NCBI GenBank assembly: GCA_951406725.2
Contig: OX597822.1
Span: 71,176,001 to 71,240,000, forward strand
Origin: Octopus vulgaris
Lineage: Eukaryota
Length of the DNA stretch: 64,000 bases
Direction: 5' to 3'
The position numbers were made by a program, and so were the translations under genes. This document shows, in pieces, positions 35,830 through 49,956 of this stretch (position 1 is the stretch's first letter; each line of letters opens with the position of its first letter). Under the pieces are notes generated by a model. The model saw only the letters and a program-made list of their open reading frames with translations, had not been told where the DNA came from and did no database searches.

Positions 35830-37335
35830 ATAATATATACAACAAAATGAAGGTATTAGAAGCCTTATACAGCTAGAAAACCACTATAAATTAACCACCA
35901 TCAGATTACAGAAATATCTAGCTGAAAACCAAGGAGAATTTGTACAAATAGCCACAAAATATGAGTAAAATGAAAAAAACTATTTTCTGTCTTTAAGGAG
36001 GCCAAAAAAATACAAGAAATAAATCATAGTACCTGATAACTACAAAGAAAAGGAGCAAACAACAAAATTTGTAAAGCAACTGATAATAGGAATAAACACT
36101 CTAGCAATGCCAGTCAGAAATTAAAGCTTCAGCATAATAAATTGGAAGAGCATTGAATTGAGAAACTTGGATAGAAAAACCAGAAAACTATTAACACTAT
36201 AGTGAAGTCACCACCTAAAAGTAGAGACTGATAGAATATATCTACTCCACACAGGAGGTTGTGACTTGACAGAGGTAAAAAAAAAAATACTATAAAATAA
36301 CAAGTCAGACTAGAAAAGTACTTTGAAAAACATTTTTCTCTACACACAAGGAAGTGACAAAATACAGAACGGAAGCAAGCAACACTAACACACTGATCTC
36401 AGAGGACAACATAGCAGAAATGGTCAGAGAGACAAAAAGCAGCATGGAAACAGAACTACAAAACATACTGAAGAAGAAATGAAGAGAAAAATCACTTCAT
36501 GGCCAATACCTTGTAAGGCTTGACAGATAAGTGAACTTAAGGAAAAGCTGACAACAGCCTAAGTAAAAGCCAGGCTCAAAAGCTCTGGACTAAAAGCAGA
36601 AATAGAAGGACTGATTCTTGCTAGACAAGACCAATCAATCCCTGACCACAAACCACTATAAAAGCAGAACGATGAAAATTGGCCCTAACACTAAATGCAG
36701 ACTGTGCAACCAACACGAGACAGTTGACCACAATATCTCTGGCTTCCCAGTCCTTGCCATGGAAAATGGATGTTGAACGATGATGATGATAATGATGGCA
36801 GACATGACCAAGTAAGTAGCCATATTCAGTGGACAATATGCCAACACTAAAACATAAAAACTAACTAGAAATGGTATAAACATGTGCCAAACAAGGTACA
36901 CGACACCGACTGGGCCACAGTCATATGGGATATGCCTGTTCAAACTGACAAAGAAATGAAAGCTAATCAGCCAGACAAAATAATTGAGGACTGAAAAAAA
37001 AGAAAAAAACACCTACTTTATTATAGACATTACAATCTCGTCAGACCAAAATATTGCTCAAAAAGAAGTGGAGAAATTGTCAAAGTACAAAGAGCCTGAA
37101 ACTGATGTGGGGCATGAAGGTGAAAACAATACCAGGAATAATTGAAACATTGGGTATGATAAAAAAAAAAACATAAACAAAAGTGTAGGAGTTATATCTG
37201 GGCCCTTAGCACAACATATTATCCAAAAAATAACCCTGTTAGGTACAGCCCACAATACAAACACTAATAAAACAAAAGACAGCAACCAAATTCCTTAACA
37301 AAACAAACTGATGCAATACAATGCCAAGAAGAGTT
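35830..37335 (+). pseudogene. Degenerate R4/Dong-like LINE (RT end to endonuclease)
   Basis: Remnants LHGQY, LKAEIEGLILA, KCRLC, WDMPVQTDKEMKANQPD, IDITI and EVEKLSKYKE. Confidence 0.7.
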
Positions 37336-37340
37336 TGCAC

Positions 37341-37682
<342 letters not shown>

Positions 37683-37862
37683 GAACACAAACTGTTGCAC
37701 ATACCTCAGCAACACGGAGGTATAGCAGGTGATGTAGTAGAAATTTGTCTGAAACTATCAAATGTTGAATAATAATAATAATATTGATAATAATAATAAT
37801 AATCATCATCATCATCGTTTAACGTATGCTTTCCATGCTGGCATGTGTTGGACAGTTTGACT

Positions 37863-38290
37863 TAGAAAATGACTTAGGGGTTCTGCCAGGACATTTAGTG
37901 ACCATCTAATTGAGGACTCTGATCCACTGCAGAGAGACCAGCCAGGAGCAATACAGATGGAATTCTGAAGACAAGTGGTAGATGGTGTTTGTCTGGGGAC
38001 AATGCAGTAGGTAGGTAGCTTTCCTTGTTCTTTTTAAAACAGCCACTATAACCTTTTCTTTGAAGGAGCATCCATGATACTTGCCAAGCAGTTTCCTAGT
38101 TACAGATTTTCTTCTCTTTAGTTCTTATTATAAAGATGTTCAGTGTAACCTTCCATTAGGCATTCTACTTCTGTTATTTCCTCGCATTTCTAATTTTTGA
38201 TTTGGAATTTCTATGGCTTGTCAGATAAGGTCTCTTCTACATTATTTATATTTGACGGATATTTGTCCTCATCTTGTTTGTTGTTAACAC
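37863..38290 (-). other. Local duplication of 43412-43826 inserted into an RTE-tail SINE
   Basis: Near-identical to 43412-43826. It interrupts the SINE at ...tttgact|gaggact..., with act repeated on both sides. Confidence 0.9.
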
Positions 38291-38564
38291 ACTGAGGACT
38301 GGCGAGCCAGATAGCTGCATCAGGCTCCAATCTGGTCTGGCAGAGTTTCTACAGCTGGATGCCCTTCATAAGTACTTGGCTGGTACTTTATTTTATTAAC
38401 CTCTGGTACTTCATTTTATTTTATTGAAAGGTAAAGTAGACCTTGGTAGGATTTTAACTCAGCATGCAAAGTGTTTGAAGAAACGCTGTAAAGCATTTTA
38501 TTTCATATGCTAACAATTATGTAAATAACAACAATGATATTAGAATATATATCGCAGTAATATT

Positions 38565-39030
38565 CCGACTGGCATCTGTGCTAGTGGAGTGCTAAGAGCA
38601 CAATCCCAGTGTGATCGTTGCCAGAGCAACAAACTGGCTTCCATGCTGGTGGCACGTAAAAAACAGCATTTGAGTGTGATTGTTACCTGCGTCAACTTAC
38701 TGGCACTTGTGCTGGTGGCACGTGAAAAAACATTCAAGCGAGGCTGTTGCCAGTGCCACTGGACTGGCTCCTGTGCAGGTGGCACATAAAAAGCACCATT
38801 TGAGCATGGCCATTGCCAGTACTGCCTGACTGGCCCTCGTGCAGATGGTATAAATAAGCACCCACTACACTCTCGGAGTGGTTGGTGTTAGGAAGGGCAT
38901 CCTACTGTAGAAACTCTGCCAGATCAGATTGGAGCCTGGTGCAGCCATCTGCTTCGCCAGACCTCAGTCAAATCGTTCAACCCATGCTAGCATGGAAAGC
39001 GGATGTTAAACGATGATGATGATGATGATG
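38565..39030 (+). mobile_element. RTE-type 3' UTR/tail copy
   Basis: Diverged ~59-bp units followed by the RTE tail and (GAT)n. Confidence 0.8.
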
Positions 39031-39600
39031 ATTCTTAGGCTAAATGAATTGGGAAGATAACTGAAATCATTTTCACATGTCATAAGCCTTTATTTGTAGT
39101 AATATGTTTTAAGCTTAACCTGCCAAGTCAAAGATTACATTAACTTCTTATTTTCTTTCTTTGTCATTTAACATCCACTTTTCCAGATAGAATTTCTTGT
39201 GGCAGATTTTGTATGGCCGGATGCCCTTCCTGTCACCAACCCTCATCTGTTTCCAAGCAAGGCGATATTTTCTCATGCTCTTCTCAACCACATGGCCCCA
39301 AGTTCAGTCCCACTGTGTGGCACCTTGGGCAAATGTCTTCTACTATAGCCATGAGCTGACCAAAGCCTTGTGAGTGGATTTGATAGATGGAAACTGAAAG
39401 AAGCCTATCGTATGTGTGTGTGTCTTTGTGTCTGTGCCTGTCTCCTACCACCAATTGGCAACTGGTGTTGGTGTGTTTACATTGGCAAAAGAGATCAATA
39501 GAATAAGTGCCAGTTTTCAAAATAAGTATTGGGGTTGATTAGTTCAACTAAAATTCCTCAAAGCAGTGCCCCAGCATGGCCATAGTCTAATGACTGAAAC

Positions 39601-39632
<32 letters not shown>

Positions 39633-39636
<4 letters not shown>

Positions 39637-40259
39637 AAGTGTGCTGTGCGTGAGAAGACCCGTGGCCTTCTACATGGGATGGAGCCAGCCTACGTATGCA
39701 TACCTTCCCTTCTTGGGACACAAAACTCTACTTGTGAAGACGTGTTGAGGCAAGTGAGGATCAGAATCGAAATCGATCAATGGAAATCGCGGATGTGTTA
39801 CCAGTGCCGGTGGCATGTCGAAACTCTACTTGTGAAGATCCGTTGAGGCAAGTGAGGATCAGAATCGAAATCGATCAATGGAAATCGATCAATGGAAATT
39901 GCAGATGTGTTACCAGTGCCGGTGGCATGTAAGAGAACTTTCCGTTTCGCGACCGTTGCCAGCACCGCCCCGTTTCGTGTCTGTTGCCAGCCTCGCCTGG
40001 CCCTCGTGCCGGTGGCACATAAAAAGCACCATCCGTTCGTGGCCGTTTGCCAGCTCTGTCTGGCACCAGTGCGGGTGGCACGTAAAAAGCACCCACTACA
40101 CTCACGGAGTGGTTGGCGTTAGGAAGGGCATCCAGCCGTAGAAACGCTGCCAGATTTGACTGGGCCTGATGAAGCCTTCTGGCTTCACAGACCCCAGTAG
40201 AACCGTCCAACCCATGCTAGCATGGAAAACGGACGCTAAACGATGATGATGATGATGAT
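39633..40259 (+). mobile_element. RTE LINE 3' end (same subfamily as 11520-13645) with internal duplication
   Basis: Starts at tggaagtgtgctgtgcgtgagaagacccg. The block aaactctacttgtgaaga...aatggaaat is duplicated and the tail is intact. Confidence 0.85.
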
Positions 40260-42879
40260 ATACACACTAGGATATTTTCCTACTTTTCTTAATATGAAAC
40301 CAATGCTAGCCTTAATTCACAAGTAAATATCCATATATATACATATACATACACACACATATATATATACATATGTATGTATATGTGTCATCATCATCAT
40401 CACTTAGTGTCCGTTATCCATGCTGGCATGGGTTGGATGGTTTGATCCGAGTTGGCAAGCTGGAAGGCTGCACCAGGCTCCAGTCTAATCTGGCATGGCT
40501 TCTATGGCTAGATGCTAATGTGTGTGTGTGTCTGTTTGTGCATACGTGTGTTTATACAATGAGCTTTTTACAGTTTCCATCTACCAAATCTACTCTCAAG
40601 GTTTTGGTCAGCCTAAAGCTACAGTAGAAGACACTTGCCCAAGGTGCTGTACAGTGGGGACTGCATCCAAGACTAATGGTCAGGAAGCGAAATTCTTAAC
40701 CACACAGCTATTTGTCTCCCAACAAATATAAGTAGCAATGGAAATGACAGTCGGTCATAACTTGGATGAATAGATTCAATTGTCTGCAAGGAAGCCATTT
40801 TAGACAATCCATTTACGTAGCTTAATAAATGATTCTGGTTGCAGGGTTTCCAAATTAGTTTTTGGTATAATTACCACTACTTCTTCAACTGGTTAATTAT
40901 ATTTCTAATATCAAATATGTTTGTTTTTAGATATATCCATTGAGAATCGTTGAGTATTAATTAATATCCAAATGCTCTTTGCTATTATCTTGAAATAGAG
41001 CTACGAACTAGTTATCGCATAACATCATTGCTTAAAGTGATATCAGATGATATCTCTGAGCAGTATGCAGAGTGTTTGTGTTCTCTGATCAAGCAGATAT
41101 GATTGATATTACAGAAATGTATACTGGAAGTAAATCTCACTTCTGGACTAATCAGATCAATTTAAATAAATTTGAAGTTAATCAATGAAACGTTTGAACA
41201 TGTATTTTATGGGTATACACACCATTATTTTCATTTGAATTTTCTTTCATACCAGTTACTTCTGAGGATGTATTACCTAAAGCTGGAATTAATCTTTCAT
41301 CTCCAGCACCACTGCCACCGCCATCGTCACCAATGTTACTACCCCTCCCACATTGTCAGTGTTTTAAATTTCACTTTTCCATGCTTCTATGGGCAAGATG
41401 GAATTTGTTGTGGAAGATTTTGTATGGCTGGATGCCCATCCTGTTGCCAACCCTCCCTTGTTTTTACAAGCAAGGTAATATTTCCGTTTGACCAAACATG
41501 TTTCCATGGAAGATTGGAAATAAACAATGACATCACTTTTATGACAGTGAGACAGGTTTACAATGATCATGTGATGTCAAGACATGGAGGCATAATAAGA
41601 CACACATATGTACACATACATATGCACACACACACATGCATGTATGCACACACATGCTTACATATACATACACATATGGGGAGAGTTCACGAAAAAAACA
41701 AAAGACAAAGACAGGTGGTGTACAAAACAAACAGATGTATAATGATATACATATATAATGAGCTTCTTTTAGTTTCTGTTGACCAAATCTACTCACAAGA
41801 CTTTGGTTGTTCTGTGGCTATAGCAGAAGACACAGTAAGGCAGCGAGCTGGCAGAAACGTTAGCATGCCGGGCGAAATGCTTAGCGGTATTTCGTCTGCC
41901 GTTATGTTCTGAGTTCAAATTCTGGTGAGGTCGACTTTGCCTTTCATACTTTCGGGGTCGATTAAATAAGTACCAGTTATGCACTGGGTCGATGTGATCG
42001 ACTTAATCCCTTTGTCTGTCCTTGTTTGTCCCCTCTATGTTTAGCCCCTTGTGGGCAATAAAGAAATAAGAAGACACTTGTCCAAGGAGCCATGCAGAGG
42101 ATGGAACTGAACCCGAAACTCTGGGGGTTGGGAAGCAAACATCTTAAATATATAGTCATGTCTACACTTATCTCAATGTAAAATTGACATCTGCAAAATT
42201 AAGGTGAAACAGTCTTCAACTTCTTGATGTTGATCAGTAATAGCTTTTGCTTCCTATGATTTTAGCACAAAATAAATTCCAGATTCGGTTTTAGGCTACT
42301 TGAATTCCTTTCCTTTTATTACGAGGGGTTTGCTGAAAAGTTCCTGGCTTTGGATAAAAGAAAATACAGGAAGATTGGTTGATTATAATTTTATTTGAGA
42401 TATTCGCCTCTCAGATTCACATACTTATTTCTGTGGTCCTTCAGTTTTCCTAAGCCCTATAAAAGAACTTGGAAGGTTGGGCCTCCAGCCAAGCCTTTTA
42501 CAATACCCTTAAAGTCAGGAACTTTTCTGCGCACTGTCATGTGCACACACACACGGTGGGGGTGCTGAAAAGTTCTTGGCTTTGGGTAAAAGAAACTACA
42601 GGAGGATCAGTTGAATATGATTTCATTCAACATATTCCCCTCTTAGATTCACTCACTTATTGCAGTGGTCCTTCGGTTTTTCTAAGCCCCATAAAAGAAC
42701 TCAGATGGTTAGGCCACCAACCAGGCCTTTTGCAATACCCTTAAAATCAGGAACTTTTCCACACTTCCTCGTACAACTTTACATCACAATTTGAACATTT
42801 ATCACATATCTTTCTGACATAATTACTTTGTATTCTTGTTTCTTTAAATTCAGCAATCATTTTAATCTTATTAAGCAAT

Positions 42880-43410
42880 AGAAACTGTGCTTTTAAATGG
42901 CTGCACTACATGGATTCTGACTAAGAAAACTAGATGGAATATACACAAGACTATTGAGAGCAGCACTTAACTATCTGATGGTAGTCCCCTACAACATAAC
43001 AGGTTCTGTAGTAAAGACTATTTGCCAACATAACATGGCAATCCTGGTTTAGGAGAAATGTTGCTGTAATTTAGCTCCAGGAGACATCATCTCCAGCTGA
43101 CTATATGGCATGATCTGTGTCCTTATAGCCAGCTGGAAACGATGTCTCCTGGGGTTAAATTACAGCAACATTCGTCCTAAACCAGGACTGTGATGTTATG
43201 TTGGCAAACAATCTTTACCACAAAGTACAGTTACTGAATATCTCATGTTGTGAAATTTAAAAATAGTAATTTTTTTATAACAGGTTCTTTATAGTAATGC
43301 TCCAAGGGTTACTTCCATCATTTAGGAAAGGAAACTGAAATTCTTGCATGGACATTGCTTTTGTAGCAAGGATGAAGTAGTGATTCAAATGCTGATGTGG
43401 GAACCAATAA
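42880..43410 (+). pseudogene. Old RTE-like LINE fragment split by a palindromic element (43008-43221)
   Basis: TWILTKK...DGIYTRLLRAALN and GHCFCSKDEVVIQMLMWEP, across frameshifts. Confidence 0.55.
43008..43221. repeat. Palindromic fold-back element with ~95 bp arms
   Basis: gtagtaaagactatttgccaacataacat...ccagctg is inverted as cagctgg...atgttatgttggcaaacaatctttaccac. Confidence 0.85.
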
Positions 43411-43774
43411 ATAGAAAGTGACTTGGGGGTTCTGCCAGGACATTTAGTGACCATCTAATTGAGGACTCTGATCCACTGCAGAGTGACCAGCTAGGAGCAA
43501 TACAGACGGAATTCTGAAGACAAGTGGTAGATGGTGTTTGTCTGTGGACAATGCAGTAGGTAGGTAGCTTTCCTTGTTCTTTTTAAAACAGCCACTATAA
43601 GGAGTATCCATGTTACTTGCCAAGCAGTTTCCTAGTTACAGATTTTCTTCTCTTTAGTTCTTATTATAAAGATGTTCAGTGTAACCTTCCATTAGGCATT
43701 CTACTTCTGTTATTTCCTCGCATTTCTAATTTTTGATTTGGAATTTCTATGGCTTGTCAGATAAGGTCTCTTCT

Positions 43775-43945
43775 ACATTATTTCTATTTGATGGATATTT
43801 GTCCTCATCTTGTTTGTTGTTAATACAATGTTTCAGCTGATATACCCTCCAGCCTTCATCAGGTGTCATGGGGAAATTTCGAACATGGGTTCTCATTCCT
43901 AAGGTATTTTTCGATGCTATTATTATTATTATCATTATTATTATT

Positions 43946-43989
<44 letters not shown>

Positions 43990-44161
43990 TCGAAAAATAC
44001 CTTAGGAATGAGAACCCAGGTTCGAAATTTCCCTAAGACACCTGATGAAGGCTGGAGGGTATATCAGCTGAAACGTTGTGTTAACAACAAACAAGATGAG
44101 GACAAATATCTGTAAAATGTAAATAATGTACATAATTCCTCATCTCTTAAATACAGAACTG
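43775..44161. mobile_element. Hammerhead element, headless inverted dimer around (ATT)n
   Basis: Minus arm 43775-43915, plus arm 43989-44161. TSD taaggtctcttct at 43762-43774 and 44165-44177. Confidence 0.85.
44037..44082 (+). ncRNA. Minimal type I hammerhead ribozyme (best-preserved copy)
   Basis: GACAC-CTGATGA-A-GGCTG(gagggtatat)CAGCT-GAAAC-GTT|GTGTT. Helix I is GACAC/GTGTT, helix III is the palindrome ACGT, and cleavage is predicted after 44077. Confidence 0.75.
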
Positions 44162-45745
44162 TATTAAGGTCTCTTCTGTTCCATAGATGTCGCTTTTCAT
44201 TGAATGACATTGTTGCATTATCTTCCTCATATTCTTCTGTTGTAAAGCAATCTTGTGCCATTGTTGTATCTGTCTTTTGATGATAGTTGTTGCTCTGACA
44301 GATATTGCTTTATTCTGAAGTCGTCAATAAATTGGTTCAATCTGGCACTGTACTACCCTCAAAATTATCCTCAAAAGTTTAGATCATTATAACATCCACT
44401 TAGCATCCCAATATAATTACAATATCAGCACAGACACGACTATCAACATAGTCTACACATACTCTCAACCTTCTCTGACCTTCTCCTGTCAACTGGCTAC
44501 AGGTTTATTTATAATGGCTGGCTACTACCACTTTTTACCGGGGAAAGGTGTATAGTTTCATCATACAACAACTTTGTTATCCCCCACCACTGTTACACTG
44601 AAATTGAAACTGAAGCAATATCCTGTTTGCAGTGTACAAAAGTTTCATATGAATTTTAGAAATTAGAACTTGTGATACTTTTGTAAGTGAGAAAATTAAT
44701 GAAAACGATATAGAGTTACATGATACTTCTTTTTTAACTTGATATCTTCGTACCATCTTGATAGCAAAACATCTATCACTTTCCTTCAATTATCCTTTTA
44801 GCCTCTCATCAACTGGCACAAAGTCATCTGCCTTGATAATATTCCGCTTCGTAGTTGAGGTAACTTTGTCTTGCAAGTTACTTGGTGACTCTGCTGATAA
44901 AAAAAAATAATAAGGCGGCGAGATGACAGAAACGGTAGCATGCCGAGCAAAATGCTTAGCGGTATTTCGTCTGCTGTTACATTCTGAGTTCAAATTCTAC
45001 CGAGATCAACTTTGCCTTTCATCCTTTTGGGGTCGATAAATTAAGTACCAGTTATGCACTGGAGTCGATGTAACCTACTTAATCCCTTTGTCTGTCCTTC
45101 TTTGTCCCCTCTATGTTTAGCCCCTTGTAGGAAATAAGAAATGTTAGGAAAAAATGCATCCAGTAGAATCTGTAAAGTGATTGGCATTAGGAAAAGCAGA
45201 CAGCCAAAGCAGACAGTAGACCTTGACACAGTGCTCTGCCTTGCCAGCTCTGGTCAAACCGACCAACCCATGCCAGCATGGAAAATGGATGTTAAATGAT
45301 GATGATGATGATAATATGAACTTAAAACAAAAATGATTCATTTAAAGCTGAAGATATTGAGGATGATGAAATGATATCATAATTTTTATCTTTTACCTGC
45401 TTCAATCATTAGACCGTGGCCATGCTGGGGTACCACCTTGAAGGGTCTAACAAACAGACTCCAGTACTTATTTTTTCATTTATTCTATCAGTCCCTTTTT
45501 GCTGAACCACCAAGTTACTGGGATACAAGCAAACCAACAATATATATATATGTGAACACATACACACATGATAGGCTTCATTTAGCTTCTATCTATCAAA
45601 CCTCTCACAATGCTTTGACATATTATTTAATATGGCATACACAGAATGCGTCAGTTTTTGATGTCATTTTGTATGAATTAAAAAAAAAGTGATGCTGTAT
45701 TTACAAACAAATTAGTACAAGTATTGGGTTGGTGCATATGCCAAT

Positions 45746-46029
45746 GGGCGTATGGCGTAGTGGTTAAGAGTGTGGGCTACTAACCCCAAGATTGCAAGTT
45801 TGATTCCAAGCAGTGAACTCAACAATAACAATAACAATAATAATAATAATAATAACATCAAAAAATACCTTAGGAATGAGAACCCAGGTTCGAAATTTCG
45901 CCAAGACACCTGTTGAAGGTTGGAGGAGGGTATATCAGCCAAAACGTTGTATTAACAGCAAACAAGATGAGGGCAAATATCCGTCAAATATAAATAATGT
46001 ATATAATTCCTCATCTCTTAAATATAGAA
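45746..46029 (+). mobile_element. tRNA-headed hammerhead element, full monomer
   Basis: A box tggcgtagtgg, B box-like gtttgattcc, (AAT)n, body with mutated HHR, tail cctcatctcttaaatatagaa. Confidence 0.8.
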
Positions 46030-47344
46030 TTATATATATATATATATATTAATAGTATTGGTAAGACACCAAAAGAAAGAATGAGACTTCGATATTATGT
46101 AAATAGAGGAATTAATCTGTAATATATGTGACAATTATTCGGTTGTCATAATAAGACTGAGTTTCGGATGTTGGGGCAGCAAACTCTCGCCAGCTATCGA
46201 GGCAATCAAAAAATGCTATATATATATATATATATACATGCATATATGGGTAAGGAAGTCACCAACAGTGCAAATAACATGACATATGTAAACAAAACAG
46301 GGAAAAATGAGTGAAAAACGTAAAAAACAGGGAAAAAATGGAAAACGGAACAGGTAAACACACAGAAAGTTGTCAGACGTTTGCACTGCTGATGAGGTTC
46401 TGTACCCATATATGCAAGAATATATATATATATATATATTATATTATATTAATTAGTATTTATTATATATATACATATACATTTTTTAGACTATATAAAA
46501 CAGTAAGGCAAAAATTTCACATCTAGATCATAATTTAATTGTGCTCTACAACTGTTTCAATGACATAAAGCATCATAATTTATTTAAGCACACAAATTAC
46601 ATAACTGATTACTTTAAAACTGATATATTACCCATATCACTTTTGAATAAAATAATTAATTATGTATTTTAATTGCATACTTAAAAATAACGATGTTTTG
46701 CACCATTGAAACAGCAGTAAAGCACAATTCAATTATGAACTATATATATAGCATTTATGCTTTTCTGCTTTTGTATTCTAAATATGCTGCTCCCACTTAT
46801 TGTTTCTGTCAGTTCTGCTTATATATGCATGTTTTTTCCATGAATATTTACTTCATTGTAATAACATATTGGAATTCAGTGATGTTTTATCATTTGAGGT
46901 CTTAATTACTCTGGATATATTTTTTGATATTTATACATCAATTCTGTTCTGCATACATATATGAACACATACATACATAATAGATAAAACGAGGAAATTC
47001 ATTTCTTGCTGCCCTTGTGATACTGTTGACGTAAAATAGCTCCCTAGATGTTGGTGTGACACATGGTCAGAAGAAGGGATGGTTGTGTAGTGTAAATTAA
47101 CACTGCCTCGTGCATGACCTGTCATGAATATTGGGAGATATGTTGTAGTGGTGATGACAGCCAGTGATAGTTATAAGCAAGAAATAGAAACAGAGAAGAG
47201 GAGTGAAGTAAGAATGAAACAGTTACTGAAGAGAAAGAAGTTTGACCATTTACATAGTTACAACCGGTGTTTGGATGTACAGGCTGGTGTTCCCTCTTTC
47301 TCCAAAATATGCAGGCATAGAAATATGAATTATTTTAATTATAG

Positions 47345-47391
<47 letters not shown>

Positions 47392-48921
47392 TCTATCTAT
47401 CTGTCTGTCTGTCTATCTATCTACCTACATACCTACCTACCTATGTATCTATCTAACTATCTCTCTCTATCTTCTCTGTGTCTGCTGATAGATCAATCGA
47501 TCGATCAATCAATCCATCTATCTACCTATCAATCCATTCATCCATCTCTCTCTCTATCTTCTCAGTCTGTCTATCTGTTGATAGATCAATCGATCAATCT
47601 ATCCATCTTCCCTGTCTGTCTGTTGATAGATCAATCTATCTATCTACCTATCCATCCATCCATCCATCCATCTATCTACCTACCTATCTAGCTATGCATA
47701 TATGTATTCATATATGGCACACGACTAGCTATTTTGGGGGTGGGGCCCAGTGCTCAGCTGGTACTTATTTTATCAACCCCAGAAAAAAATTAAAGGCAAA
47801 GTCAATCTCAGCAGAATTCAAATTCAGCAAGTAAAGATGGATGATAATATCGCTAAGCATTTTTCCCAGCATGCTAAGAATTCCTCCTGCCTACCACCTT
47901 ATTCATGTGTTCATATTAAACACTCAGATATAAGAAGGCCTGTCTTGCTGCTGAAATAGTCTAGGGAGAAAATTCTCTTAGACAACATCTATGAAGACAC
48001 ATTATATAGCATTATATGTGCTATGATCGAGTGAATGGTGTCATCAGATTATAGCACATGCATTTCTGCTTTCTTTTATGCCATCAGCTACAAACACCAG
48101 ATCTGTCATTCACAGCAACATCAGAATGAATTTGTTCTTATATTTGAACATTAAATGGTACTTTTGCTGATGTGTGTATGGCTTGGGTAAGCTAGGTTCA
48201 ACAAAATGATGTTTTGAGAGGGAATTATTGCCTTGCTTGGAAACAGGTGTCAAGCAGGCCATCTGGTCATAGAAAAGTAATACTCCAATATGTTCTCATC
48301 TAACCCATCAAATCATATAAAAGAGGATGTAAATAGTGATGATGATGAAAAACACTTTGCTTCTTACACACACACACATCATTTAATGTTTGTTTTCCAT
48401 GCTGGCATGGGTTAGACAGTTTCACTGGAACTGGTAAGCAAATATCTATCTATCTATCTATCTGCCTGTCTGTCTATATATCTATCTATATATCTATCTA
48501 TCTATTTGTTTACCTCTCTATCTACCTGTCAATATATCTATTTATCTATCTATCTATCTATCTGCCTGCCTGCCTGTCTGTCTATATATATCTATATAGA
48601 TATAGTTTCACTGGAACTGGTAAGCCAATATCTATCTATCTATCTGTCTGTCTGTCTATCTATCCATCTGCCTGTCAGTCTGTCTGTCTATATATATCTA
48701 TCTATATAGATATACATATATATACATACACATATATCCATGTATGTCTAGGTTTGGTGGAATATACAGAAGAAATAGAACTTAATACATGACTTAGTTC
48801 AAATTTTCGACCAATTACACACAAATGTGTGTATATATGTGTGTGTGAGTGTGTGTGTGTATACATACATATATGTACCACATCCTCACGTTGCTTTTTT
48901 GAGTTTATTTTTTTTATTTAC

Positions 48922-48955
<34 letters not shown>

Positions 48956-49186
48956 CATATATGTATACATTTTCATTCATTCGTATTTATGTATTTAAGT
49001 GTATTCATATATAAATATTCATATCTGTTATGTATACAGTAATACACACATAGATATACATATATTTCTGCATGTTTATAATGACAAACATGAATACAAA
49101 TATAGTTATATGAATGTTACACTCAAATATGCACAAGCATTTATACATACATAACACATACATGCCTAGATATACAATCGTGTATG

Positions 49187-49218
<32 letters not shown>

Positions 49219-49299
49219 AATGTATATGTATATACATACATATACACTTAGATAAAGAAACAGATGGTTAAATATACATACACACACATGAATGGACAT

Positions 49300-49568
49300 C
49301 TATAGATATGCAGTTATATGTACATTGTGTGTGCATGTGTGTATACAAACACACATATAATACGTATATGTATATACATATGTATATGTATGTATGTTTT
49401 TATATATATATATACATAATTAAGTATAATTATAAAAATATTATTATAATACACACACACATATATATATGTATATAGATATATATATATATAGATATAT
49501 ACATATATATATATATACACATACATATATATACATATACACATACATATATATACATATACACATAC

Positions 49569-49610
<42 letters not shown>

Positions 49611-49656
49611 ATATATATATACACATACACATACATATATATACATATACACATAC

Positions 49657-49698
<42 letters not shown>

Positions 49699-49742
49699 AT
49701 ATATATATACACATACATATATATATACACATACATATATAT

Positions 49743-49789
<47 letters not shown>

Positions 49790-49914
49790 TACATATATAT
49801 ATATATACACATACATATATATATACACATACATACATATATATATATATACATACATACATACATATACATACATATATATATACACATACATACATAC
49901 ATATATATATATAC

Positions 49915-49956
<42 letters not shown>

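Noticed and set aside
41172-41912. 246-aa ORF as a host gene
   Set aside because: It reads through several unrelated repeat fragments and microsatellites and has no domain signal.
45746-45820. Functional tRNA gene (also 33020-33092, 53390-53460, 55290-55363)
   Set aside because: The acceptor stem is not formed and each is the head of a dispersed repeat.
46385-46417. CTGATGA as a hammerhead core
   Set aside because: No downstream GAAA or helices; it is a mutated arm of an inverted repeat with 46240-46275.
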